From IMG/VR virus record IMGVR_UViG_3300013104_000001, positions 124,001 through 188,000 of that record: 64,000 bases of DNA; one strand, 5' to 3'. The notes beneath the pieces were generated by a model. It was not told the origin of the DNA. It saw only the letters and a list, made by a program, of their open reading frames with translations, and made no database searches. Both the position numbers and the translations under genes were made by a program. Positions 19,901 to 29,893 of the stretch are shown piece after piece; position 1 is the first letter of the stretch; every line of letters starts with the position of its first letter.

Positions 19901-22900
19901 TACCGCACTGACACCTGCCGTAATAATAGCAGCGCCTTTGCCGAAGGTCTTAAGCATACCACCAGGACTACGGATTGCACCAACAGTACGACCCAGGATA
20001 CCCGAACCGAGCTTAGTCACACCTTTGGCTGTATTGCGACCAAGGAAGCGAGCTGCCTTACCGAGTATACCACGACGTCCACCTCTCGCAGCGCCTCTAC
20101 CAGCACGACCACGTCCACGACGACGTTCACGTGTACCATCACCGTTCTCATCGCCCAGTGGTAGATCATCCAGGATATCGCTTCCTGCATCTAAGGCTTT
20201 CTTACCTAAGAGGATCTTACCCAACCCGCCAACTAACGTACCGACCCAACCGAGTTTCAAGAAGTTTGCCAGACCACCGAGAATACCGAACTCTTTGATC
20301 CCGCCTACCAGACTACCAACCGATGAGAAGAGACCCGAGACCAAACCAAACAGTGTAGTCGGTTTCTCTTTAGGTTCACCTTTCCCGTCATGTTGTTTCT
20401 TGGCTTCTTCTTGTTCCTTCTTGCGCTGCGCTCGTTTACGCAGGATATCACGCACCGAGTTCTCACGCACACCGTCGCCATCAGTATCTCCATCTGCGTT
20501 ACGTCGTTTATCACGTAACATGTTCCAGAGACCTTTAGTGGCTTTGAACCCGAGATAAGCCGGACCGAGCGTTGCCCACTTCGCAACAGTCAATACTGGC
20601 GAGTTGATGTTTGGCAGATGTTTAAACACAGACTTAGCAAAGGAGCTCAGACGACCCACTTTACTGTCAGACATGCGTTTACCCAAACTACGCAACCAAC
20701 CTTGACGTTCAGTCATCCCTTCACGCAGTACAGCAGGGTCACCTGTGACTTGTGCCAGGGTCGCATCTTTCGTTGCCGTTGTCGCATCACGCACAGACGC
20801 CATAACACCAATTACTTCACGTAAGAGATTGTTATTGTCGACTTGAGCTTGGACGATACTTGCCGCTTCAGAGGTGCGTTGTTCTTCAGCTGGGGTTGGG
20901 GTGTAGTTACGTTGCTCAACATTGGTGTCGGTTTGGCGGAAGACTGAACTGGTTGCCTGGGGTTGTGACTCAGCGACCTGCTCTGCTTCTTTAACCATCG
21001 TACTGACTGCTTGGTCAACCGCTTTCTTACCAAACCGAGATTGCAGTTCGGCAATCGTTGTACGGATCGCATCCTTACCTTGACCTGCTGCTGACATCAG
21101 AGATTGTTTGATCGCTGAAAGATCAGGAGTACCCATCCCGCCAACACGACTGGCTACAGCAGATCCCGCACTTGCAGCAGACTTGACAATGTTGTTAAAC
21201 ATTTCACTGCCGCCACCACTGTCAGAGAATCCACTTAACCGATCGCGGATGCCTTGTCCAGCAGAATTATCCATACGACGAACAATGCGATTAACAGCCA
21301 CTTCACCATAGCGTCCAGCAAGCTGACGGCGAACCACGTCATAAGCTTGCGGACTGTTGGCACGTGCATTCGAAAGTTGCTCACGAATCTCAGCCTCTTC
21401 TTCACGAGTCAGTTTACCACGCAAACCACCCAGACGGTCTGTCACACCACGACGAAGGTTGTCCAGTGCTTCACGCCCCATGCCACCGAGTTCAGCCGCT
21501 GGATCAACTTCACTGCCTTTCTCGTCACCTTCACGATCAGGACGGTAGTTCGGGTTCTCCAGGAACTTCTGCATCATCTCCCAGTACATGTCATGGTTAA
21601 ACACATCCTGGTTATTGACACGCTTGATGATACCCATGTCTTTAAGCTGAGCACGACTACCACTGTTGGCCATGGTATTCAGTGACTCTTCAACATTCGG
21701 CATATACTGGCTTTGCGCCTGCATGATGTTCGACATGTTGTTACGCAGCTGTGCAAGCTCTGGTGCATCGCCAATCTGATACTGACCGAAGGCTTTGGCT
21801 TTACCCGTTGCTTCCCGTGTATCAAAACGTTTATGCAAGAACTCGTTGATCTCACGTACCGCATCTTTATTCGCATCACCCCAGCCACTCGACTTCAAGT
21901 AACTGTTGACGTTGAATCCATCGCCAGCTTCTGCATCACGGGCAAAACGCATCGCTAAGGCTACACGTGCATTTGGTGAGAGTTCTTTATCAGGGTCAAG
22001 TGAATCAACCATGGTCGAGAACGAAGAAGCTGCTGAGGAGAATTCGTTGCGGTTAAAGATAGAAGAACGCAGATCGACGTTAGCACGTTTCTTAGAAGTA
22101 AACCCACCTTGGATATGGTTGAAGTTCACTTCCTGCACAGCCGTGACATCCGCACCCATCTTATTGGCAATGGCAGTGACTTGACTTAATTGGCGAGTCA
22201 GTAAACCAGGGATGACTTCAACGATAGAACGTCGGGTCATTTGGTCAAAGATCGCCGGGGTAGTCAGATCCTTCACACCAGGGTTATTCAGACGCGTACG
22301 GTTACCCATAGAAGCAGGCATCTGGAATAAGGTGTTATTAACAAATGGATTCACGACACGCTTTTGTAAACGAGTGTACCATTTATTGTTCGGATCATTT
22401 GGGTTGTAATCTTCACTGAAGTTATCGCGATTACGTAACCACCCGTTAGCCAGACCAGGTGCAGCATTTGCGTAGTAACTCAGATCGTGGCCCATGCGAT
22501 TGAGCTTAGCGTTCTTAGCAAGAGCAGGGCGAGCAAACGTTGACAGCATCCATGGCATTGCACTGGCCAGACCTGCGCCTGCCATTTGACCGTAGTCACG
22601 TGCACCTAATGAACGACCAGCCATACGCGCTTGCTGAGCACCCATCATTGCCATACGTGCAGCCGCTAATCCACCTGATGCCCGGTGATTGATATCCTGG
22701 CTACGTTGATCGACGACATTATAAATGTTATCAAACAAACGGTTACCGAACTGAGAGAAATTACCACCCAATGCACCTAAGGCACGCTTACGAACAAGTT
22801 CACGCGCTGAGGCACCGTGTGACATTTTCTCAAAGTCAGTTAAGCCGGTGTTCTTCACTAAAGAAGCCATGCCTTCCAGTTGACGTTTATAGAAGCGCTC

Positions 22901-23638
22901 TTGCATCTTACCGATGGACATTTGCAGCTTGTATGAACGGTACTGGAGTTCTAATGACTTACGCTGGTAGTTCGCTGTGAACTGCTCAGTGAAACCAACC
23001 TGGCGCGCTGCCATGCGATGGATTCCCTGAAGGAAGCCAACGGTGTCCACGTCAGTGCGTTGCTGTCTGGTTGCGATAGCGGCGTTCTGTGCCATCGCTT
23101 CCTTATGCAGGGCTGTTGCTAATTGAGATGACTGAACGGTCGCTTGTTCAAGCGCAGTTAACAGATCTTCAGTTGAAGCATCGACATCTAACTGTGGAGC
23201 GTCATCTTTATTAGTGGACGAATACGAATAATCAACCGACTTACTGTTAGCCCATGTTTCGATATTCTTTAAGAGTTTATCTGGAAGCTTGCCGCCATAC
23301 ATCGATAATGCATCAGCGGTCGTCTCTTTCAGGTCTTTTACCGAGTCACGGGTATTAGTTTTAACTTTATCGTATAGGTCATCTTTGAATCTGGCTGCGC
23401 GATCTTTGGCATCAAACGCAGGTGAAAAGGATGTAGGAAGTAATGAGCGGATAATTCGCTGCGGCGAGCCTTTAGCAGTGAACTCTTGTTTGGCACCGGT
23501 CCATAGACCTGCGGCGAATTCACGAATCGCACCGCCTTTGCCTTTTTTCTTCTCACCCGCATTGTCACCGAAGTCGAAATCGAAATCTAGGTCAAGGTCA
23601 CCCAGATCTTCGTATCCGAGATTGACATTATCGGCCAT
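16913..23638 (-). CDS. giant tail (tape-measure-like) protein with GH19 peptidoglycan hydrolase domain (phiKZ gp181-like)
   Basis: 2241 aa, divergent from the vRNAP beta' gene. GH19 motifs AQTHLESGGF..LEENL, GDGWKYRGRGFMQLTGKANY, TKMINGG. Gly-zipper hydrophobic segment. Confidence 0.85.
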   Translation of the reverse strand: MADNVNLGYEDLGDLDLDFDFDFGDNAGEKKKGKGGAIREFAAGLWTGAKQEFTAKGSPQRIIRSLLPTSFSPAFDAKDRAARFKDDLYDKVKTNTRDSVKDLKETTADALSMYGGKLPDKLLKNIETWANSKSVDYSYSSTNKDDAPQLDVDASTEDLLTALEQATVQSSQLATALHKEAMAQNAAIATRQQRTDVDTVGFLQGIHRMAARQVGFTEQFTANYQRKSLELQYRSYKLQMSIGKMQERFYKRQLEGMASLVKNTGLTDFEKMSHGASARELVRKRALGALGGNFSQFGNRLFDNIYNVVDQRSQDINHRASGGLAAARMAMMGAQQARMAGRSLGARDYGQMAGAGLASAMPWMLSTFARPALAKNAKLNRMGHDLSYYANAAPGLANGWLRNRDNFSEDYNPNDPNNKWYTRLQKRVVNPFVNNTLFQMPASMGNRTRLNNPGVKDLTTPAIFDQMTRRSIVEVIPGLLTRQLSQVTAIANKMGADVTAVQEVNFNHIQGGFTSKKRANVDLRSSIFNRNEFSSAASSFSTMVDSLDPDKELSPNARVALAMRFARDAEAGDGFNVNSYLKSSGWGDANKDAVREINEFLHKRFDTREATGKAKAFGQYQIGDAPELAQLRNNMSNIMQAQSQYMPNVEESLNTMANSGSRAQLKDMGIIKRVNNQDVFNHDMYWEMMQKFLENPNYRPDREGDEKGSEVDPAAELGGMGREALDNLRRGVTDRLGGLRGKLTREEEAEIREQLSNARANSPQAYDVVRRQLAGRYGEVAVNRIVRRMDNSAGQGIRDRLSGFSDSGGGSEMFNNIVKSAASAGSAVASRVGGMGTPDLSAIKQSLMSAAGQGKDAIRTTIAELQSRFGKKAVDQAVSTMVKEAEQVAESQPQATSSVFRQTDTNVEQRNYTPTPAEEQRTSEAASIVQAQVDNNNLLREVIGVMASVRDATTATKDATLAQVTGDPAVLREGMTERQGWLRSLGKRMSDSKVGRLSSFAKSVFKHLPNINSPVLTVAKWATLGPAYLGFKATKGLWNMLRDKRRNADGDTDGDGVRENSVRDILRKRAQRKKEQEEAKKQHDGKGEPKEKPTTLFGLVSGLFSSVGSLVGGIKEFGILGGLANFLKLGWVGTLVGGLGKILLGKKALDAGSDILDDLPLGDENGDGTRERRRGRGRAGRGAARGGRRGILGKAARFLGRNTAKGVTKLGSGILGRTVGAIRSPGGMLKTFGKGAAIITAGVSAVEAYDAYKAGDGAGVAEAAGSGIGGILGGAAAGAAIGSVIPVVGTLVGGVIGGIAGSAAGGALGRTMYGWFKNPGLLQQMRMRQYGIPDNDSSHVEAILKLEAALEPYVKISDEGYASLDPKAPMAKLGAMFVDDPNNRDQVEQFAGWLTQRFKPVYLTHKAMAKQVLPNQSFIDLDKSSDETAKYEIAKRAQQFDPSIDHPYRFTGRIFGDLNATDYKITVALVQDVVDQLRKKSERASTGTKSASVFTTGSRDRAMGRDVSSDIIKAINPNNENIPGLNTVGHKETSWLTGDRTVVNVGDLLAGLLPKPGQAMDDLTALRMKVYGLPSLDIDKVSTLLELELVMANKVKFTDKGATFDGKASDIFQIVAPTFGLSAGNQWQFKRWEPWFVRRFLPAYLAFAGTTYTQIGDTRPTLAVKKMPPELQLAIANAMVNQKYTGDDVNAISIWTIKTSPWSTGELNDDASIVQNHLNNLKAAVKQAQFSAAPVKGGVTQSKDGTTEKAWRKDSSGNMVNDQVKTSNGQVYTSQRQQTTYNPETGRLETAYGGNAGGLGAAGGAAGGIDNTGKVGPLKLGPGAEEGARILIRNAMAQGITDKQEIAMLLAQTHLESGGFSKLEENLRYKAETLMKLWPNRFPNMAVAQQLAAAGPVAIANSIYGGRMGNDKPGDGWKYRGRGFMQLTGKANYAAASKGLGIDLVSDPDKVASDSDVAAKTALWYWKSRKGLEDAAKKGDLNTVTKMINGGTHGLAERGQLFKQYTDMVGSGKFDDILSGKDTSAGAQSESSGDGTAAALAGQQAQSGPSTPALSGAKTAAELTAPGASAANAAAAAATPSTPAATDDAPALRSTSGPSAAAVTNAGASTPNAANTTASAQDNQASAAATPTPTPTPTLNTPPQMQPQQAQVSNAPQVAAVQPAPAPPVMPKETQGHLADSKDHLANIDTKFTTLIDIMTKFMSLSVDNMNKPAATPTAPQQPANGAGGPPVGFRRGYNNG

Positions 23639-23679
23639 GTTTTTACCCTATTTAAGTTGCTGCTAAAAGGACACACATC

Positions 23680-25296
23680 ATGCGGTCAGCATTACTACCT
23701 TTTAACATTACCATTACTGACTCCAAGACCGTCCCTTGGAGAATGATGCGGCCTGTGACGTCTCTCGACATTTACGATGGCCTGACCACTGAACTGAATG
23801 ACAATGGTCTTTACTCCATTCCCATTTTTGGACGCGTTGGGTCTGAAGAGCGTGACCAACGTTTTAGCTACATCCACATCAAATGTTCAATCTTTCATCC
23901 TGATGTCTTCCGTGCACTGACTGCGTTAAAGCAGATGTACACAGGCATTCTTTCCGGTAGCATTTATGCCGTTTGGGATGATGAATTAAAGGACTTCATA
24001 AAATCTACGCCACTTGAGGGACAGACTGGTTTTTCTTTCTTTGTCCAGCATTGGAAAAGCATAGAATTTAAGCGCAATGAATCTTCGTCTCGAAATGACA
24101 AGATCGCCCTGGTCGAGAAATATAAAGATGTAGCGATGTATCGCAATATCTTAGTCTCCCCTGCTGGTCTGCGTGAGATCCAGATTGATGACCGTGGCCG
24201 TACTATTGAGAATGAAGTCAACTCGCTTTATCGCAAGTTACTCTCAGCTGCCAACACCATTACTGATGATCCTGCGGCTGCTGATACGTCGTTATACGAC
24301 TCTGTGCGCTGGTCATTGCAGAACCGCTTTAATGAGATCTATAAAAGCTACGCTGACATGCTGGAAGGCAAGCGTGGTATTCTGCAACAGAAGTGGGGAC
24401 GTCGTCGTATCTTCAACGGTACACGAAATGTAATTACCGCAGCACCGGTCGGTACCATGACATTAGGTGCGTTAAACTCACCACACATGAACGATACCCA
24501 AATCGGTCTGTACGAGTTAGCCCGTGGTGCACTACCTTTAACGGTGCATGGTCTGTTGAATGGCTGGTTGAAAAACGTCTTTAATGACGGAACCCGTATT
24601 CAAGTGATCAACCCCAAATCGCTTAAACAAGAAACCATTGAAGTTGATGTCTCGACGGTTGCCAAATGGACAACGCAGGAAGGATTGGAAAAACTCATTG
24701 GTGGCTTTGCCGACACAACCATCCGTAATAAGCCGATCACGATTCAAGGTCGCTATATTGGTTTGGTCTACGCGGATAACAATCACTTCCGTGTCTTTGG
24801 CGATATCGGTGAACTCCCGGCGAACTTTAGCCGTGAGCTCGTTCATCCAATGACTTATACGGAACTTCTGTACCTGTGTCTGTATCAGCGCTGGAATACC
24901 CTTTATATGCTGGTTACCCGTTACCCGATTACCGGTATGGGTTCTGTTTACCAGACTAAAGCTTTCGTGCGCACGACCATTAAGTCCAGTGTGAAGATTG
25001 AACTGGATGGTAACTGGCAGCCGATCCCTGATGCGTATGCTACAGCGTTCCCGGTGCATGATCGTTTCGCTGAGTTCATGGACTCCCTCTCAGTACACCC
25101 TTCTCGCTTAGGCTTGTTAGGTGGTGACTATGACGGTGATACCATGTCGGCAACGATTCTTTTGGGTGATGACGTATTGCGTGAATGTGCGATGTTACTG
25201 GCACAGCGCGAATCGTACATTACTGGGCGTGGTGAGTTCCTCGTCGATGTAACCAACGAAACCCTGGACTTTGTGCTTAAGGCGCTGACTTCTTAA
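23680..25296 (+). CDS. virion RNA polymerase beta' subunit carrying the catalytic centre (phiKZ gp180-like)
   Basis: GLYSIPIFG, LEGKRG, RIFNGTRNVIT, TRYP, GGDYDGD (DxDGD metal-binding motif). Confidence 0.93.
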   Translation: MRSALLPFNITITDSKTVPWRMMRPVTSLDIYDGLTTELNDNGLYSIPIFGRVGSEERDQRFSYIHIKCSIFHPDVFRALTALKQMYTGILSGSIYAVWDDELKDFIKSTPLEGQTGFSFFVQHWKSIEFKRNESSSRNDKIALVEKYKDVAMYRNILVSPAGLREIQIDDRGRTIENEVNSLYRKLLSAANTITDDPAAADTSLYDSVRWSLQNRFNEIYKSYADMLEGKRGILQQKWGRRRIFNGTRNVITAAPVGTMTLGALNSPHMNDTQIGLYELARGALPLTVHGLLNGWLKNVFNDGTRIQVINPKSLKQETIEVDVSTVAKWTTQEGLEKLIGGFADTTIRNKPITIQGRYIGLVYADNNHFRVFGDIGELPANFSRELVHPMTYTELLYLCLYQRWNTLYMLVTRYPITGMGSVYQTKAFVRTTIKSSVKIELDGNWQPIPDAYATAFPVHDRFAEFMDSLSVHPSRLGLLGGDYDGDTMSATILLGDDVLRECAMLLAQRESYITGRGEFLVDVTNETLDFVLKALTS

Positions 25297-25307
25297 TAAG
25301 GTGTCCC

Positions 25308-28300
25308 ATGATTCTTTATAATGCATTCTTTCGTCGTACGGTGGTGCGTAAGAAAGAGCAGATCTTTGGACCACGCTTTCTCCAGCTATCACAGCTGGAG
25401 TTACCCCGTGGGGCATTGCTGCACTACATCCCAAGCGACCTGACGGAATACGGGATTGAAAACAACGACATCTTAATCAACCGTTACTCTGAAGACATCT
25501 ATGTCGATCACGTACCGAAGATTGAGACACCGCTTGGTAACCCACAGCGCAAACCGATTTCGTTGCTGCCAAACATCAAACGTTATCATAACTCCCATCG
25601 CCGCTTTAAGCTGGTCCGTAACATTAATTCAGTGATCCGTAATCCGCTGTACATGATCATTGAAAACTATGCGATGGCACAGCATCAGTTAGTGTATCGT
25701 CCTGCAATGTATTCCAACTATTATCGTTGGTACAACATGCAGTACACCGTGATGCACAACATGACCCGGCTGCAAGAGTCCAGTGATCGTAATCAGTTTG
25801 TTTACTTACCGATCCCGGCATCCTTACCTCAGCTGCAACAGCTTAAGATTTACGAAGAGCGGTTATCAGCAGGTCTGGATAAAGTCGCCAATGGCACTGG
25901 TCTGGAAGACTTTACTGATATCTCACCAGAGACACGTATCGGTTATGCCATGGAAGCGATGCTTGAGTATCAAGACTGCGCTGACCTCTCTGTACCAATG
26001 GCGCCTGATCAAGCGAACGCATTCCAGACCATGGTAATGTGGGCAACGGATCAACAGGTCGATCTGGCAGCCCGTATCCCTAACTACTATCGTGGTAACG
26101 CTGATTCAGTTCTGCGTGTGGGGATGGAAGCATTAGGGGCTTACGCCTCGAAGGTAATGAACTTTACACCACAGTTGTCAATGGCGGTTATGAACCGTCT
26201 GCGTACACCTGCTGATTACTGGTTCATTCACTTCTGGATGTGGATGGGCAACAAACGCGAAGCCTCTCTCTTCTCCATGCTCGACCACAATAAACTCGAT
26301 AAGGTCCATTTGATCATCGGGAACGTGGGTGCGTATTCAATCGTCCGTTTGGATGTGCTGGATAAGTGGCGCACTGAGATCATGGACAAGACGTCCAATC
26401 CAGACACAGCGGTTGAGAACTTCCGTAAGCATTTGCTGAAATTCCTGACCCGTTTATTTGATGTGAAGAACGGTAACGAAACAGTTATTGAACATCTGGA
26501 TGACGAGAGTGCACCCCATGAGGTTGTCGAAGTTGCGGAAGGCGAGACAGAGACGCAAAGTGATGTGGTTTCAACACCATCAAGCACCGATACCTTTGGT
26601 GTGGAAATTCCAACCCTGGAAGACGTCACCGTTGTTTCTTCGCCTAAGCCTGTTAAAGGAGCAAAAGGAAAAGACGTCGGTTCTGCCTTAAATGATGAAC
26701 CGCCTGTTGATGCAACCGATATCTACGAAGCCCGTACGCTGGCTGATGATATCGACGATGATGAGTTCAACCATGATGTTGAATCCCGTCGTGCAGATCA
26801 AGTAGTCTACCAACCTAATGCAACCACCGCGGTTGAAGATGGCGTACTGCTTTATCTGGAGCGGTTAACCGATGCCGGTGTATTGACGGCTGCTGAATAT
26901 AAGCGATTCAAACTGCTGGCCGAAGCGTACAAGACAATCCCTAACCCGGTTGGTCCTGGTACGCTTGCTGATCTGATGGTTATCGATCCATCGAAGGTCA
27001 GTGACCTCGGCGGACTTACCGCACCGGACTCGGTTAGTATTATCGACAAAGGTCTGCTTAAGTCATCCACCAAAGATTTTGATAAGAACTATATCAAACA
27101 TCTTTTGGAAGCAGATGTGTTAAACGCAGTACTTTCAATTCAGAACTCTGGCGTAGCCGTTATCGACTACCAGCGTGAAGAAAAGAAAGATGCGAAGAAC
27201 CACTATGTCGTCTATACCGTGCAGGTTCAACCTGTTGGCGGTAAAGTCACTACGCTGCGTTTTCGTTTACCGAAGATGGCCGACGATGGTTCAACTGTTG
27301 TCAATGGCGTGAAGACCCGTTTACGTAAACAGCGTGTCGACATTCCAATCCGTAAGGTCTCTGCCAGTCGTGTGTCACTGACGAGCTATTACGGTAAGCT
27401 CTTCATGATGCGTTCTGAACTCAGTGCTTACAACTACAGTGAGTGGCTGGGTCGTCGTATCATCGCGCTCTCTATCCAGAAGAACCCTGATGTAACCAAA
27501 CTGGTACTCGGTCGTGCGTTTGATCCTAAGGTGCGTGTTCCTCATTTATACGCCATCCTGTCTCAACGCTTTAAAGGCTTCCAGTACATGGACTACGAAT
27601 TCAACTTTAATCGTCGTGAGATGATCGCCTTCTTTGGTGACGAGTTGGTTTCGAAGTATGCACAGAACCGTCTGGTTGTTTGTGGTATTTGTGAAGAGCA
27701 GTCATTGCTGATGGATGATAACGGCACGCTCTACCTGGCTAAAGATGATACCTTATCTAACCTGGGTGATTTCGAAACCCTGATTGGTCTGGAGACTTCT
27801 AAGGCACCGGTTGAGATCGTGACCCTCGGGATCTTTAAGCGCGCAGTACCAATCGGTCTGATCCTGGCGTACTACTATGGCCTGGGTAATCTGATTGAGC
27901 AGCTTAACCTGCAAGTACGTACCGTTAACCGCGGTGAGCGTTATCAGCTGACCAAAGACGAACGTGTGGTACTCTTTAATGATGAAGCCTTAATCTTTAA
28001 CCGTACTGATCGTTTAGGTGCGATGTTACTGAATGGTTTCAACATGTACGACAAAGAGGTCAGTCGCTTCTCACGTTATGACTTTGATCGTAAGTCAGTT
28101 TATCTCAACGTGTTGTCGTCAGCCGGTATGGGTGTTCGTTGGTTACGTGAATTTGATCTGATGCGTGAAATGTACATCGATCCGATTACCCGTGATGAAC
28201 TCCTGAAGATGAATGCGCCGATCAAGTTTGATCTGTTACTCATCCACGGCGTGAAGATGTTGTTAAACGACCAACACAGTCGTGAGACATCATTCCGTGA

Positions 28301-29891
28301 ACAACGTGTGCGTGGTGCTGAACGTCTGTCGGGTGCGATCTATTTGGAACTGGTACGCGCGATGCGTATTCAGAAAGCCCGTGCGACTTCAGCGAAGGTA
28401 GGATTGGAACTTCATCCAGATGCAGTTTGGTTTGAATTGATGAAGGACACCTCAAGTATTCCAGTTGAGGAATGTAACCCAATCCATAACGTCAAAGACT
28501 CTGAGGTGATTACATACGGTGGTAGTGGTGGACGTACATCACGTTCCATGACCAAACCATCGCGTGAATACATTCCAGATAACATCGGGATGATTTCAGA
28601 GGCATCTGTGGATAACGCCGACGTAGGCTATACCGCTTACCTGTCGATGGACCCATTGATGACTGACTTGCGTGGTAACACACAAGCGGCAACGGACGAT
28701 ACCAACCCAACGCATATCGTGTCGACCTCCGCACTGTTAGCGCCGGCTGCAGATCGCGACTCACCAAACCGTACCAACTTCATCTCAATCCAGCACTCGC
28801 AAGGTATGTATGCGGATGGTTATCAAACCACACCGTACCGTACTGGCGCTGAGCGTGTCATTGCGCATCGTGTAAGTAAGCTCTTTGCTTACGCGGCAGA
28901 AGAAGATGGTGTGATTGCCGAGATCTCTGCTAAACATTTGATTGCCGAATATAAAGGTCGTCGAGTGGGTGTTGAGCTGGGTATCCGTTATGGTAGTGCA
29001 TCGGGTACAGTGTATGTGCATCCGATCATTACAGACATGGCGGTAGGGCAGACGTTTAAGAAAGGGGATGTTCTGGCGTGGAACCGAAATTACTTCGAAC
29101 GTGATTTCATGGAACCGACGCAAGTCTCCTGGAAGGCAGGGGCAATGGTGCGTGTTGCATTGATGGAGGAAGAGTTCACTTTCGAGGACTCCTCAGTTAT
29201 CTCTCAACGCACAGCTTTACGGTTAGGTACCCGCACGGCTAAACCTATTGCGATTACCGTGGACTTCAATCAGGAAGTGCGTAACTTACTCCCGACCGGC
29301 ACAAAAGTTGACTCGGAAACTATTTTATGTACCCTGGAAGATCCAGTGACGGCGAACCTTGGGCAGTTTGACGATGAGTCATTTGACTCACTGCGCATTC
29401 TGGCTAACAAGAACCCGAAAGCAAAAGCAGTTGGTGAGATCGCCCGTATCGAAGTGACCTATCGTGGTAACATTGACGACATGTCAGAATCGTTAGGGGT
29501 CATTGCTAACCGTTCAGATCGGGAACGCGCTAAACTCAATCGTCAATTAGGTAATGATGCCGCGAATACAGGTGAGTGTTTGACACCGGTTCGTGTACAA
29601 GGCACACCGCTGGAACTTAACCAAGCTATCATCGAAGTTTATGTGATCACACCAATGCCAACTCGTTCTGGCGATAAAGGTGTGTTTGCTAACCAGATGA
29701 AGTCTACGTTCGGTTCTATCATGCCTGATGGCATCATGACGAAATCCGGCAAACGCCTGGATGCGAAGTTTAGTAACAAGAGTATCGCTAACCGTATGGT
29801 AACCTCTCCTTACGTCATGGGCGTAACAAACGTCCTCCTCGATACCATCACACGTCGTTCCATTGAGATGTGGAAACGTCTTAAAAGGTAA
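25308..29891 (+). CDS. virion RNA polymerase beta subunit, N-terminal/major part (phiKZ gp178-like)
   Basis: KQRVDIPIRK, LTSYYGK, GSGGR, FEDS, GDKGVFANQMKS; 1527 aa; synteny. Confidence 0.92.
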   Translation: MILYNAFFRRTVVRKKEQIFGPRFLQLSQLELPRGALLHYIPSDLTEYGIENNDILINRYSEDIYVDHVPKIETPLGNPQRKPISLLPNIKRYHNSHRRFKLVRNINSVIRNPLYMIIENYAMAQHQLVYRPAMYSNYYRWYNMQYTVMHNMTRLQESSDRNQFVYLPIPASLPQLQQLKIYEERLSAGLDKVANGTGLEDFTDISPETRIGYAMEAMLEYQDCADLSVPMAPDQANAFQTMVMWATDQQVDLAARIPNYYRGNADSVLRVGMEALGAYASKVMNFTPQLSMAVMNRLRTPADYWFIHFWMWMGNKREASLFSMLDHNKLDKVHLIIGNVGAYSIVRLDVLDKWRTEIMDKTSNPDTAVENFRKHLLKFLTRLFDVKNGNETVIEHLDDESAPHEVVEVAEGETETQSDVVSTPSSTDTFGVEIPTLEDVTVVSSPKPVKGAKGKDVGSALNDEPPVDATDIYEARTLADDIDDDEFNHDVESRRADQVVYQPNATTAVEDGVLLYLERLTDAGVLTAAEYKRFKLLAEAYKTIPNPVGPGTLADLMVIDPSKVSDLGGLTAPDSVSIIDKGLLKSSTKDFDKNYIKHLLEADVLNAVLSIQNSGVAVIDYQREEKKDAKNHYVVYTVQVQPVGGKVTTLRFRLPKMADDGSTVVNGVKTRLRKQRVDIPIRKVSASRVSLTSYYGKLFMMRSELSAYNYSEWLGRRIIALSIQKNPDVTKLVLGRAFDPKVRVPHLYAILSQRFKGFQYMDYEFNFNRREMIAFFGDELVSKYAQNRLVVCGICEEQSLLMDDNGTLYLAKDDTLSNLGDFETLIGLETSKAPVEIVTLGIFKRAVPIGLILAYYYGLGNLIEQLNLQVRTVNRGERYQLTKDERVVLFNDEALIFNRTDRLGAMLLNGFNMYDKEVSRFSRYDFDRKSVYLNVLSSAGMGVRWLREFDLMREMYIDPITRDELLKMNAPIKFDLLLIHGVKMLLNDQHSRETSFREQRVRGAERLSGAIYLELVRAMRIQKARATSAKVGLELHPDAVWFELMKDTSSIPVEECNPIHNVKDSEVITYGGSGGRTSRSMTKPSREYIPDNIGMISEASVDNADVGYTAYLSMDPLMTDLRGNTQAATDDTNPTHIVSTSALLAPAADRDSPNRTNFISIQHSQGMYADGYQTTPYRTGAERVIAHRVSKLFAYAAEEDGVIAEISAKHLIAEYKGRRVGVELGIRYGSASGTVYVHPIITDMAVGQTFKKGDVLAWNRNYFERDFMEPTQVSWKAGAMVRVALMEEEFTFEDSSVISQRTALRLGTRTAKPIAITVDFNQEVRNLLPTGTKVDSETILCTLEDPVTANLGQFDDESFDSLRILANKNPKAKAVGEIARIEVTYRGNIDDMSESLGVIANRSDRERAKLNRQLGNDAANTGECLTPVRVQGTPLELNQAIIEVYVITPMPTRSGDKGVFANQMKSTFGSIMPDGIMTKSGKRLDAKFSNKSIANRMVTSPYVMGVTNVLLDTITRRSIEMWKRLKR

Positions 29892-29893
29892 TA

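Noticed and set aside
19689-20558. 289-aa plus-strand ORF
   Set aside because: Antisense shadow of the Gly/Ala-rich part of the gp181-like gene; Pro-rich translation, TTG start, no RBS.
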